NCBI GenBank assembly: GCA_044892525.1
Contig: CM097886.1
Span: 76,570,001 to 76,634,000, forward strand
Direction of reading: 5' to 3'
DNA: 64,000 bases
Source: Schmidtea polychroa
Taxonomy: Eukaryota
Below, in pieces: positions 14,301 to 28,400 of the stretch. Numbering within the stretch: position 1 is the stretch's first letter; every line of letters begins with the position of its first letter. The notes below the pieces were generated by a model that ran no database searches, was not told where the DNA came from, and saw only the letters and a list, made by a program, of their open reading frames with translations. The position numbers and the translations under genes are program-made.

Positions 14301-16959
14301 TTGATATCCATTCTTATAATCTTTATATTTATCTTTTCGAAATTACCAAAGGATGCAGCAAAATCTAACGCATATACATATACATATTTTTTATTGTTTC
14401 GTTTCAAAAAGTGGAATACCATTAATATTATATTTTTAATATTTTCACCGTCAGTAAACAATTTTTCAAAATTAGCAATCAGCTGTGCAATTTCGTAACT
14501 TAAGTTTTTGAACTTAAAAAGAAGTATTTCAAAAGATTTTATTTTCGAATTTTGAACTGAAATATAGATAGCAATCTTGTTTTGTGAAAAAAGTAGTAAT
14601 ATTTCTTTTGAAATAAATATCTTGGAAAATTTGACTTTGCCATTATATAATTAAAGCATATAAGTAACCAGTACATTCTTGACTATTCCTTTTTTGAGAA
14701 ATCAACAATAAACTAATTCAAAGATAGATTTCATGGAAATATATTCATAATTTGAATTATTGTTTAATATGGAAGTTAAATACGAGCAAAATAACGACTT
14801 TTCTTTGACCAACAAACATTACATTGGTATTCTCGTTAACATTTCCGACCTCCCAATATGATTTATCAAGAAAAACGTTGTCGCTGTGTATAAAGAATAA
14901 AGCAGTCGAAGGAACTAGAAAATAGGGCAAAGTTTTTGAGATAATGAAAGAAATTTAGATCTTTGAAATAGCATTGAAAATAATTCTGAAATTGTGATCT
15001 TTTTCGTCAGCAGAAGTTGTTCACAGGATCATACACGATTGAAAGAATAAAATGGTTTTTACGAATCAAAGCAAGAATATAGATAATTTCCAATGGAGTA
15101 AGCATTAAAAATATCGTTAATTTTAAGGAATATAAATGATTCATAAAATACCAATGATAGAATTATCCTGTAAATTAGTTTGATTTTGAAATTAACCAAC
15201 GAAATAATTTTGATTATTGATTCTGAATAGTTTATAATAGTCCCTTCTCATCATTGTATCCAAAATTTGATTACTCCCAAATTTATTCAATGAAGTAATT
15301 ATCCAAACTGTCCTTCCCCTTTTTTTTAAAAAATTGTTGCGTCCGCGTTAATTTTTGAAATAGTATAATTCGATTGTCCTAACCCTATGTTATGTAAACC
15401 ACATAAGCCTGTATATGTTTTGTTTGATTAATTAATCTTAGATGTCTGTATACTTAGTATGATATCATTGTTTATTATTTATCCTAATGATATATATGTT
15501 GTGGATACAAATGTAGTATATATGATCTGACTGTATTGAATCACATTACATAGGAACCACGCTTTCAACCCAAGAATAACTACGAATTTTCCACAACCAA
15601 AGACATTCAATTTTAGATAATTTGGATGAATTTCTCGACAAAATAGAATCCAATACAATCCAATACAATCAACGAAAGTTGTTCAAACTTATGTTGGGCA
15701 AAAACTAAGTTTGTCAAAAACAAAGAAAAAATTTGGGCGAAGAAAATAGCAAGAAAAAAAATAACACTAACTAAAGTTAAAATCAAATTTAACTTTAAAA
15801 TCAAAAATTTTCACGAATATTGATAAAAATTAAGTCAATAAATAAATTGATATAAAATAATTAGGTTTGTTATAATGGAGTAAAACAGTGCACTATTTCG
15901 CACACACAAATCAAACTGCATAACCCGAATCATCAATCTTGTGTACATACAAAAATTTTACTTTGCGACACTTCGAAATTTATTGAGGAACTTTGAAGTG
16001 AGTATGTTTGATTGTTTCTGTTCTAGTAAAGTAATTGCTACACTTGTGAAAAGTTAGTTGATTAAAAAAAATTTTTATCGAATTATCTCTGATTTTACTC
16101 TAATTCCGCAATCACCATCTTCTGGTTCACTGTTGAAGACAGATACAACTCTTTGCCAAAACTTTATTTTCAGTCATGACGATATCAGAAATTTTAGATA
16201 AGCAGTATGAGAAAATCAATTAATAAAGCCCAATAAAGGATGACGTATGCACGCACAGCAAATAACACTTTAATTCGCATTAGTGTTTAGGAATCAACAC
16301 ATGACATGCGCAATTATTCAACGTGATCTTTTTCTTTTACGTATAACTGAGTCATCGGCACCAATGATAATCTTCATCCAAATCACAGACTGAGTCATTC
16401 TGACTCCAGGCGCACATTTTAACATGGAAGACTAGTAGCGCGGTCGTGACTCCTTCGGGCCCACCCAAGACGAGGATTATACATTGACTTTTAAAAAAAA
16501 TCAAAATTTAAGAAAGGATCTGAGAATTTGCTCAATAATCGAAAAAGAGAAAACTATAAAATCGATACAGTGGGAAAATAGTTTCACACAAGTAGGATGT
16601 TACAAATGGCGAAAAAAATTCTAAAACTTCGTTTGTTAAAGTAAAAAAAATCCTTATTAACTCGTAACCCAAACGTCACCTTATAACTTTCTCATTACAA
16701 CATTTGCTTTTATGGGTATGTCACAAGATAAGTCAATGATATTTTGGTGGAAGTTACGCCCCTTCTACAATTATTTTTTAAATTCTACATTGAAAAACGG
16801 AAATTGAATTAATAGAACTATAATCATGTTGTTGGTCAATTATATTTCCGTTAAGATTCACAAACCTTAATGGTGCGTTTAACAAAACTGATTTTGTGTG
16901 AGGGAAATTCTGAAGAATGACGTTTTTAAATTTTATGAAGTTTTTTTAAAATTATGTAT

Positions 16960-17273
16960 ATGCTACTAAATCAACATATCCAAATTTTCGCCAAGTTAAT
17001 GGTAAAAATTTTAAATTGTTTGAATGAATTAATAAATTAAATTAAAGCTTGAATGCAAAAGATTTAAAGTGTATTTCTAATTTAAACTATATGTTATAGA
17101 AGATATACTCTATTATTGGAATTTATCTCATCATTAACTGTAGAATATTAGCTAAGAGTAAATGAAGTATAATTAACAATGATAAAAACATGCACAAATT
17201 GGATGTAAGGATGCATTTGTTCATTCAAAGATACATGCTACTAAATCAACATATCCAAATTTTCGCCAAGTTA
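16960..17273. repeat. 39-bp perfect direct repeat, 275 bp apart
   Basis: atgctactaaatcaacatatccaaattttcgccaagtta at 16960-16998 and 17235-17273. Confidence 0.85.
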
Positions 17274-18105
17274 CTTAGGTGGTAAAAGTTCTTATTAGTA
17301 ATAGATTTAAAAATAAGTGGCCTTTTTAACTATCATAAAAAGACGTTGCTGACATGTTTCTGTTTAATCGTATATAAATAAACTTTATTTCATAAAACCA
17401 ACATTATTTCGAAAGGCGCTTTCGGAAGAAGGAATAGAAGTATGAAAATAGCATCACAAACAATCAGCAACGGCTAATGTAGAAGGACTTATCTGATGAC
17501 CATGCATGGGAAATTGGGATAGATGAATGCAGCTAAAATATTTCGTGTGGTAGCAACCAATAAATAGATTACTACAAACAAAAAAACTAAAGCAACAGAC
17601 CTTATATTCTCAATTGCTTTTCTTTCGATATACGTACCAATTTCCAGTAACGGAGCAATTACGTGAAGCGAGAGATGAGTGTATTTTGAAGTAATTTTAC
17701 GTGCCAGACTCATAAAGTCTCATTTGTACATTAACGCTTGAAACTAATATTGTTGTTATAGCCACTTAATGTGGAACAAGTTTAATTATTAAAGTGTGAA
17801 TAATTGACAGACTGAGTTCACAATTTGGACAAAACAGGCCATTAATGAAATTTATGAAGATTTTTTATAAGATGGATTGAATTTGTAGCTCTATTATCGA
17901 TGAGATAATCAGACATTATGAAACTCCCACACTAATTCAAATTCATTTTTAATAATTTAATTAATTATTTTTTATTTTAATTCGTGTTTTAACATTGTTC
18001 AATAATTGCACACTTGAAAATTGAATAAATTAATGATGGTTCAAAAGCATGAAACTAAAATGGCCGATTCACGTGAATTAAGGGAAATTTAACTTAACCT
18101 TGGAC

Positions 18106-18625
18106 CAGAGCTCCGCAACCTTTTCTCACCCGCGGCACACCACAAACAAAAATTTTTAAAAATTTACGTGATAAGAAATGCAAAAACAGAAAATGTATTT
18201 TTTTTTATTTGATAAATTTATTATCGCCGTTAACAACTATTTTTTATTTATAACTATAACTAATATGAACAATCACTAATGAGATACCTGTGCTTGTTTT
18301 AAGGAACATAATAGTTTTATATTTTTATGATGTATTTATATTTACATCATAAAAATTTATTGTTCTTAAAAATAAATTTCTCTAAAATTTCTTGTATTTA
18401 TTGTTCAGGCTGTAAAACTTGGTAGCACAATATAAGACAATAAATTTAAATGTGAAAAACCTGAAATGTAATTTTTTTAAACCATGTTTATTGACCGAAT
18501 ATTTTGTCAACAACACAATTATTTGTAAACAAGATAGATATAAGCATAACGCACGTGTCCGTCATAAACCCTATATTTTTTCTCGGGTAGGCATTGCGCC
18601 GCGGCACACCGGTTGCGGAGCTCTG
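18106..18625. mobile_element. 520-bp hAT MITE
   Basis: Perfect 15-bp TIR cagagctccgcaacc/ggttgcggagctctg; perfect 8-bp TSD ccttggac. Confidence 0.92.
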
Positions 18626-19215
18626 CCTTGGACTATATATGATTTTATATCAAAACCAATACTATTTAATTTTTAGAGATTTCTTTTTATATAAGTGAAA
18701 CTCATTTTCATAGTTTTTTGGGTTTCGAACCAACCAATCAGTATGTAATTTTTGTTGCATTTATTTTAAGTATTTAATTTTTTAATTTAATCCTTTTGCT
18801 TGATTTAGGTTAATTTAATTTTTACTATATTTTTAATTTCTCGGTCAATCGCTTTCATACGCCATCTTTATTCAGAAGCGTTTTTTGTGTTTGTCTCTTT
18901 TTTGTGATTATTTTGTTTTACTGCTCTTATCATGTGTTTCTTGTGCAACTTCTTGTGACTTTCTCATTTTATTACTTTTGTTTTTATTTAATTTTCTTCT
19001 TGCGCTTTGATTTAGTTTGATTTGATGTTTTTATTATTATTTTAATTAACTTTGTGCTTTTTACCTGCTGCATTTCTACTCTCAGCCGACTTTTTATCTT
19101 CATTATTTGCTGATTAGACAACAAAAGAAAATATTCTGAAAGGGAAAAGAAAAACAAACGAAAAAAAGAAATTTCTCTTCTAGCCAAACACATTCAACGT
19201 TTAAAGTGATGTAAT

Positions 19216-19374
19216 NNNNNNNNNNNNNNNNNNNNNNNNNNNNNNNNNNNNNNNNNNNNNNNNNNNNNNNNNNNNNNNNNNNNNNNNNNNNNNNNNNNNN
19301 NNNNNNNNNNNNNNNNNNNNNNNNNNNNNNNNNNNNNNNNNNNNNNNNNNNNNNNNNNNNNNNNNNNNNNNNNN
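19216..19374. other. Assembly gap (N run)
   Basis: Run of N. Confidence 1.
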
Positions 19375-21628
19375 TGCTGTTAATATATTGCAATGTTAAG
19401 TGAGTCAAAAGAAACATGTTTCGAAGCATTGTGTTTGCGCCTCATCGAATGTTACATATGATTAAATGATAAAATAAAATCACGAATTTAATTTAAAATG
19501 TGATATTTATTTTGAATCACTCATATTGCTCAAATATCATAGTAGTTAATTTGAAAGAAAATTTCAAAAACAAGAATCCGATCTATGTGGATCCTTTGAA
19601 AGCGAGAAGATCAATAAATGGTTAACGATGACGAACATGCAATATTAGAGATTTGCGAATGAAAATTGATGGAAATAATTTGAAGTTAAGTAATGCATCA
19701 ATTTCTGAAGAAAAAGATATTGCAATCGTAAATTTGGATAGGCATTTTCAGTGTTCATGGGAAAATGAATAATTATGTGGAATAAAATGAAAATATAAAT
19801 ACTTTATTTCTATTTCCTATTTGACACTAGATTAAATTGTATTTTAAATACGTACCGATAATTAGTAAAACGCTATGAAAACTCATGCATAAATTATTTG
19901 ACAATAATTTCAATTTATTACTTAAAATATATCATTCATCATAGTCGTTAGTCAAATCAGTAGTTTTGTTTTTTTCTTTGCATTTTAATTTAACAACTTC
20001 TGTTTCGGCCGATATAGTTTACACTGTTTACCTGTTTGCACTGAAGAAACCCATCTATAATATGGGTTGGCATGTAAAACCAATTATAGATGCGTCATTC
20101 TTTATGGTGAAATTTTTTGGAATGCATGTGGTTAATCTACTTACTTGTATTTAGCTATTTTATTTAGCTATTTTAACTATTTGTATTTAGCCATTTTAGA
20201 AATGACTTTCAAGTAATTTATTTTTATTTAAAGTAAACTTTAAGGCTTGAATATTGATCCATATAGATATGAGATTCGAGCTCTTAAATAATACTTTTTA
20301 TCAACATTTTTTATTATAAATTATTTTTAATTAATTTTTCAGAAGTTTTAGATGTTGTTATTATTATTTGGAATTATTTCAATATAATGTGAGTTTATTA
20401 TTATTTTATTAAGTAATTAAGTACAATTTATTAAATACAATTTATTAATACAATTTATTAAATTTCATATATTTATAAATTATATTTCTGTTTGATTCTT
20501 TGGGAATTCCTAATAATCGCCCGAAATTATAAAAATCTATAGAAATATTAAGTTTTAAATTTAGGTTAATCTAATTTAGGATTTTCTAGTTTTTTCCCAA
20601 CATCGGACGACAAAGTTGAGATTTCAGGGCAATGTGAAATACTAAAAACTATTAAATTTATTAAATATTTAAGATAAATCTTACGAAATAATTTCTTCAT
20701 TATCTATAGAACTCAAAATTGAGTTTTCGGAATTTTTGTTAAAAATTTTTCATTCATTTTTTTCTAAAAAATTCTAAAAATGTCTGTAAATGATTTATTA
20801 TAGTGCGTTTATTCATTGCAACGATTCTACATATCGAAAATTTGCATGCATTTTTTACTATGTGTTGTGTTTTTGTTTGTCAGTTTATTTTTTCTACCAC
20901 TTTCTCATTTTCTATATTAAATGGGTTTATTCATTGCAACGCTAAAAATCAACACACATGTAAGTTTGTATGTTTATATGATATACACGTATTGATTTTA
21001 TTTTTACATTATAGGATGCGTTTATTCAGTGCGTACAGGTAACTAGATTTTGTGTTTGTGTGTTCGCGTCCGTGTGTGCGTTTGTTTTTGTGACATCTGT
21101 GAAATTATTTAGGTTATTCGATTCCCTGCTGTTGATTGTATTGGAGTTTTTTCCAAGTTGTTTGAGTGCATTAATTACATTATCGCGCTGATTTCGAAAT
21201 TTGGAATTGTTTTTATGTTTTGTGGATAAAATAAATTATTTTTAAAATTTATAAAGCTGAATTTTTCTTTTGTTCATTTAAAAGCATAAATTGGAATTTT
21301 CTGTGATCTTGAATTTCTTTTGGAATTTTTAAATGATTTTCGATATCAAAAATTTCTGTTTTATTTAAACTTTAACAAAAAAAAAGCGTAAACCGATTAA
21401 TTTAGAATCAAAATTAAAAGTTTTGAAACACTTTAAATCTGGAAGTACTTTAATGATAATAATGGAGTCACTGAGCATTTGGATAAAAAAAATTAAAATC
21501 AGCAGAGAATGTAATTGATCAAAATGGTTATTCAAAAGAAAGCACAAACTATTTATAAATTTCGTCTAGCGAAAGGATTTTGGAAACTTATATAATTTAT
21601 TGTAGATATTACTTTACTCTTCAGTTAA

Positions 21629-23520
21629 CTCTTTGGGTACATTTGACGAGACTCGTCATCGATATGCACAGTCAAAGTTACAGATGACGACTCTGATTCG
21701 TCATTTAAACTTAACATATTATGTGTGGTGATTTTCTTGCAGATATATGCGTGCGCATGCGTTGTGCCCACTCTAACACGACTAGTGTTCGCGTAACAAT
21801 TGACGCACGGAAATATATATGTTTCAAAATGTTTACATCTTCATTTTTATTTCATGTATACTACTCTAAAATGACGGAAATGAAAAATTTAGTTTATTAT
21901 AGTGATAAGGTGAAAGATCTTGAGCAATCAGATGTAGAATTTAGTAGTGATTACAATGAGCCAGAAGGTGAGTATGGTAGTGATAGTGGCAGTGACATAT
22001 TACCGATACGTCGTTAATGTACAAGACTGTTATCCAGCAGTAATGATGAATTTTCTGATAAAGAAATCCAAGAAGACTGGATTTGGGAGAGAAAGTAAAA
22101 TATACCTGATATAGGTGGAATCAATCCTTTATGATACGGAAATTGAACGACAATTTTACACCTTTGAAAGTGCTGCAACAAGTTCTTACTGAAGAATTTT
22201 GGAGTATTGTAGAAGAGACAAATAGATATGCAAGACAAATAATAAAAAACGAAGGTACTGCAAACAGAAGAAATCTAAGATGGTTTTCTGTAACTTCAGA
22301 CGAAATAAAAGCATATATTTCATTATGCATTAAAATGTCAAAAAATCAAAACTACATATGTATTGGTCGAAAAGAAATGTTATAAATACTCCAGTGTTTG
22401 CAGATAGGTTTTTTGATATTTCAAGATTTTTACACTTTGCAGACAATGAAAACTTTAATTAAGATGACAGAACTAGGAAAATCAGAAAATTAGTGGATTA
22501 TTTCAACAAAAAATTTAGTTATCTTTGCGTCCAAGAAAGTAAAGTATCAATTGATGAATCTCTGATGAAGTTCAAGGGACGATTGAATTACGTTCAGTTC
22601 AATCCTATTTGGCCTAAAGTTTTATAAACTATGTGAATCGTCTTCAGGTTATTGCATTCGCTTCAAAATTTATGTTGACAAGGATAAAGTGCAAGAAACT
22701 GATACACCTGGTTCGGCAAGTGTCATCATGGAAGTGGCTCGACCAATTCTAAACAAAGGTTATACCTTGTATTTGAACAATTGGTATTCATCGCCACAGT
22801 TATATCTAAATTTATTGCAACAAAACACAAATGTAGTTGGAACTGTTCGAAAGAACAGCAAACATGTGCCAAAAGAGCATGGTTTGACAAAACTAAAAAA
22901 GGGGAAATGAACGTGTTATCATTTCGTGGTTTATTGGCCCGAAAATGGAGAGATAAAAAATATGTTTACATACTTAGTACAAAACATTCAAAAATTGAAT
23001 TAATAGATTCAGGGAAGCGAAAAAAGTACAATGCTAATTTTGAAAATATTATCAAACAACCATGTATCGTAAAGTACAATACCGGAATGGATGGAGTTGA
23101 TAAGCACGATCAAATGCCAGCGTGCTTTCATGTTATGAGAAAATGTCTGAACAGATATAAAATTTGGCTTTTATCTATTGGACATGACAATTTTCAATGT
23201 GAACGTTCTCTTTACGAAAATCAATTACTCTAATAGAACAAGGATTGTGTCATATCGCTTAGCAATTACTGAGTAATTATTGGAGCAAGTGTCCTTGCAG
23301 AGTTACAACTGCCATGAACGTCCCTCAATTAGCGATACGCCACTTCGTTTACAGACGAAGAATTTGGGACATTTTCCGGAGAATATTCTACCAACCGACT
23401 CAAAGCAGCATCCTACGAAAAGATGTCCCGTTTGTATCACCATAACATCAGAAAAGAAATTACCTGGCAATGCAAACAATGCAAAGTACCTTTGTATCTA
23501 CCAAGCTGTTGATAAGTTGT
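21629..23520 (+). mobile_element. Decayed piggyBac (PGBD4-like) transposon
   Basis: Left end ttaa|ctctttgggtac; frameshifted transposase with IDESLMKFKGRL, LYLNNWYSS, GTVRKN, YNTGMDGVDKHDQ and C-terminal HPTKRCPVC; right TIR not found. Confidence 0.85.
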
Positions 23521-23799
23521 GAAGATCGTTGAATCTGAAAATTAATGTGCAAAAAGCTGTGAACATTTGTGGTTTGAAAGTTTTAATATAGTTTTGTTAT
23601 AAAATTGAGGCTATTTAAATTGTTTATAGTATATAAACATTATACCAACAAAGTCTGAACTTAAAGCAAAACATCTGAACGAATATTTAGGCCAATTAAT
23701 CATTTATGAACTAAAAAAGAACAATAATAATATTCAAGATGTTTTAATTGTTTATAAAAACGCAGTTGGATTTTTAAAATGATGGTCTTGAATATTCTC

Positions 23800-25460
23800 A
23801 AATGGACGCTGAAGAAGCTCCAAGATTTATTCATGCCAGCGACTCTGAATCAAGCTATCTAGATAATGACGTCAACCTATCGGATAAAATGGACGAAGTA
23901 ATATCGGAGATTATCAATGAAGAAGATGATGACATGTTATTTCATAGTGAAATTAAACCAGAGATGAAGAGAAAAATGGAAAAATTGGTATCATAATCCT
24001 ACAATGAATGAGAGACGAACTTTTCAAGAGAACACATTTCGTGGAAAAATAGTATTTTCAAAATCTTCACTCTCATGTCCCAATATTCCGGTAAGATTTT
24101 TTAGTAAATTTCAATTAACTTTTAATGCTTGAAACTATTATAAAATGTACTAATTAATACACTGAGGGCGAATAAACTCCTATAACAAAGATTGTCATGG
24201 AAGGATTCAATATATATTTATAGGATCTCTTTATATTTAATAAAAAGAAGAAATTGCAACCTGCGAGAAACTATGGCCCTTCCTCAATAAAGAATAGAAT
24301 TTCTAGAAATAGGTTTGAATTAGATTTTTTTATCAATTCAATAAAGCCTACGAAGTGAATTATAATTCTTCTGACCAACTAACAGTTGATGAACAATTTG
24401 TCGCTTTTAGAGAACCTTGTTCATTCAAGATGTACATTCCGTCAAAGTCAGGAAGAAATGGCATCAAGATTTTGGTTCTTAGCAATACAAAATATGCGTT
24501 TTTGTGCAATTCTAAAATCTACTTTGGCAAAGCGTATCAGCGAGACAATCATGGTGAAAATGTATTGAAAGGTCTCATTATTCAACTTTATTTGAAGAAA
24601 GGTAGAACTGTTAAAGGTAGAAATGTTAACTTTTTTACCACTCTGTCATTGACATTATGCAGACAACAATTGTTGGAACCGTGAGGAGGAACAAAATAAA
24701 TTTAATTCCAGAATTCAAAACTCAAAGAAGCAAAGAGAAAGACAATAAATATCATTTTTAAGAAAAAATAACCCTTGTGAATTTCAACTCAAAAAAGAAC
24801 AAATATGTTACCCTACTTAGCACTTGACATAAAAGATGTGAAATATATAATGTGGCCTGAAAGCCTGAAATCATAATGTATTACCAACTCGACAAAAGCA
24901 AGTATTGATACATTAGATCAGCTAATTCGATGTAATTCGACTAAAAAGACTACTAGACGTTGGCATATGGTTATTTTTTTAAAACATCCTTGATGTGGCT
25001 GTATATTTCACTTTTCTATTAAACGTTGAAAAAATTCAAGATTTTCAATAAAAACAGAAAAACAGTTGCAAGTTTTAAAAATGTTATCCGAGGAAATTCT
25101 AGGGGATAAGGTCAAAAGAAACAGAAAAATTATATAGAAAGGTGATGTGCGAATATGGATCAAACAGGAGAAGCCGAACAACTTGTCATTAGTACAATGA
25201 ATAGGTTTGTGATATAATTAAAACAAAACAAAAATAGGAAAAAGAAAACGTAGATAAAACAGCAAAAACGAAAAGATAAAATTGTTTAAAAGAAAAAAAA
25301 TCGAGAAAATTAAATAAAAGAAATAAATAGGCCGATTAAAACAAGCAATTTAAGTAGAAAAAAATAAAACATTGATCACGATGATCAAGTTAGCACCCAC
25401 AGAAAATTGGTCACAAAGCTATGTAATAGACCACAGTGAACAGATTGACACCTACAGAAG
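23800..25460 (+). mobile_element. Second decayed piggyBac transposon
   Basis: LTVDEQFVAFREPCSFKMYIPSKSGRNGIK, NFFTT, TKASIDTLDQ-like segment; right end ...cctacagaag|ttaa. Confidence 0.8.
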
Positions 25461-28400
25461 TTAAAAGGGATATACAAGAAGAAAGCAAACAGAGTACCAG
25501 GACTTTGAACTAAACTCAAACTCTAAAAAATCTGAGAACAGAATTCTACGCTCTGAACTAAAAATGTCAAAACTCAAACTCACACTCAATTAAAAAACTC
25601 GTTAAACAAAGCCAACTCTATACAACTCCAAGCAAATAAGTTAGAAGTAGATAGATTTTAAATAATTCAAGAAAAAAATCTCAAGTCAACGATTCCGAAG
25701 ATAATTATCGACTCTAAGGGAAATCGAACGAAAACGACGTCAAGAAAAGCGACGATAGATCGAAAAGAGACAAGAGAACAGAAGAAACAAAACTTGAACC
25801 AAAGAATTTTTCATCGAAGTTGTGACTTGAAATTAATTCCAGAAACAGAAAAATAAATTACAATCAATTTTATTCATGATGTGTATTTTATTGTTTGCTA
25901 TAATAATTGTTAAAACCCTTAATATTATTTTATATAACCAATTTTTAAGGTTTTATTATATAATAATTTATTATAAATAAAGTTAGAAATAATTTTTGGC
26001 TCACATTTCGATAGTCATTTAGGAATTTCGACTTCTTATCTCGGTGAATACATGAATAGTTTGAGAATTCTATATACTAATTTTAATGAACTTATGTGCC
26101 GAATTCGATAACAAATATAGGAATTTCAATGGTCCACATCTTGGATGAAATAATGCGATAAAAAAATAAAAGTTATTTGGCGGTTCGATTGTAATAGAAC
26201 TCGTTTAGGAATTCGATAGAAAGTCTAATGTGATAATCGTATTCTGATGAGATTGCTTATGGATTCGAGAGTGAAGGACATTCGGAGAATATTTCTGAAT
26301 TGACGATTCGATGAAAAAATTTAAAAGTTGCGAATTGAACCATTTTAGGGGTTTGAGGAAGCTACCATTGTGTTGGCTAAATACTAAGGAATTTAATTAT
26401 TGTTTCACTAGATAAAAAACAACCAGGACAAAAACGCAAAAAATTCAAATTAATTAAATTCAAAACGAGTGGAAAAATACAACAAATAAATAAAAATATA
26501 TTAAATAAAATGAGAAAGAAAAGAAAATACAAAAGTTAATTAAAAAACAAAATACAAATAGAATAAGAATAAAGATTAAATACCGAAAATACAGACAACA
26601 CCAATTAAAACAAAAAATCAATGAGCAAAAATTACAAAAATTTCAAATATAACTCCAATAAAGTCGATAAGCGACAAATAAAAGATGAAAAATAAGAAGT
26701 AACAAAAAATAGATAAACTATCGGTGTTGACATTTTTGAGGAAAAGTGAAGGAACTAAAATTTCAAAAAATCGACGGAAAATGCTCAAAAAAGAAACCAT
26801 AGAAGACGGAAGGAATAAAAGAGAAGCAGTACAGAGGAAAAGAGATTTGGAGCAAAGGGGAAGAGAAATGGGGCCGTAAAAAATCATATTTCTATGTCTA
26901 AATTTAGACTTTATTGAATAAGAATTTTTTATCTTTAAAAAAGTAAGTGCTGATTCAACGGCACCAACCTGAACTTTTGCAAATGACTGCTCGGGTGCTC
27001 AGAATGACACGCTGAGCACCCGTGAAAAATCTAAAAACAAAACTCAGGTAGCGTGGAGTCCTATCTGAGTTAAATAAAGGGTATAAACAAAAAATAATAC
27101 TAGACAATACCAAACAAAAATAAAAGATTGATAGTAAAACAACTGTTCAGACAAATAGTAATTTTAAATAATCATGGTTCTTAACAGTTCTCGACAATTT
27201 GCAATACATACTCTCATATGCTCTTACGAGACATGGAAATGAACAAGCTCATATTGACAAAAAATATATAATTGTAATTAATACAAAAAACATTAAGGCA
27301 ATAATTTTAGAATACAAAAAATAATTAAGGGGCATATAATAATGATTTTTTTTTTATATAACAAGATAATATTATTAATAACTCTTATAATAACATTAAG
27401 GGCTCTTATAATAATATTAATGTGATTTCTATAATAACAGAGACCTAAAGAAATGATATAAATAGTGGTACAAAATCATTATTTATCGCCCAAAATTTAA
27501 TTCACATTTTTGTAAGTGCAAAAGGTCAATCCTTATTAGTTTTAAATATCCGACAGGCATAGCATAACGCAAACATAACATTCTCACACACTACATAACA
27601 CGCAAAGTTTATTTATCTGAATTTTAAGAACCTTGTAAAGAAATTATCGTGATTTAAAAGTTAGTTGTTTAAGTAAATTTTTTGATGAAATAACTATTTT
27701 AAACAGTGTTTCACTTTGTCTATATTTTATCTATATTTGAATAAACATACCAGTCCAACGTTGAGAATCACAAGCTCTTTATATTTGAGACCTCAACACT
27801 ATGATCAGCTAAAAGGATTCCAGTTTTTAGTTCGGTCTATTTTGTTTTGATGCGTTTAGATCAGAAGAAACATTGACTGAAAAGATGACTGCGAAATGGT
27901 AGGAAAGGTAAGCAAGATGTATATCTAAAAAACAATTAGAAAGAGAAATCCTTTGCTGTTATTTAAATAAAAGTTTATGTCTTACTATTCATCTATTCTT
28001 GTTTAATAGTTTTGTTGATAATAAGATTTTAAGAGAAAAACGATTAAATAATAAAGTGGAACAAACAATTGTCTCTGATAGATAGGAATTTGTAACTAAT
28101 ATAAAGAAATAGGTAAATTAAAAGTACACAAAAAAATCTTTTGACTTCGAGATGAAGTGACATGCATCAATAAAATAATTTTTATAACTATAAATTTTGT
28201 AAATTAAAACTAAATTATGAATTTTTTTTGTGATTATGAAATCTTTTAATAGTCAAAATAAATATTACTATTATTTATTAATATTTTCTTATCGCGAATG
28301 TAGATGGCAGTATGAATACCATCTGCGCAATTAACATAAATTTAATAAATGTAATTGCAGTGGACCAAATGGAAAATTTCGAGACGTAGCTCGGTATACT

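Noticed and set aside
19103-19429. ORF containing X residues
   Set aside because: Artefact of the N gap
27855-27912. Microexon-like ag...GAAAG|gtaagc on the plus strand
   Set aside because: Stops in all three frames
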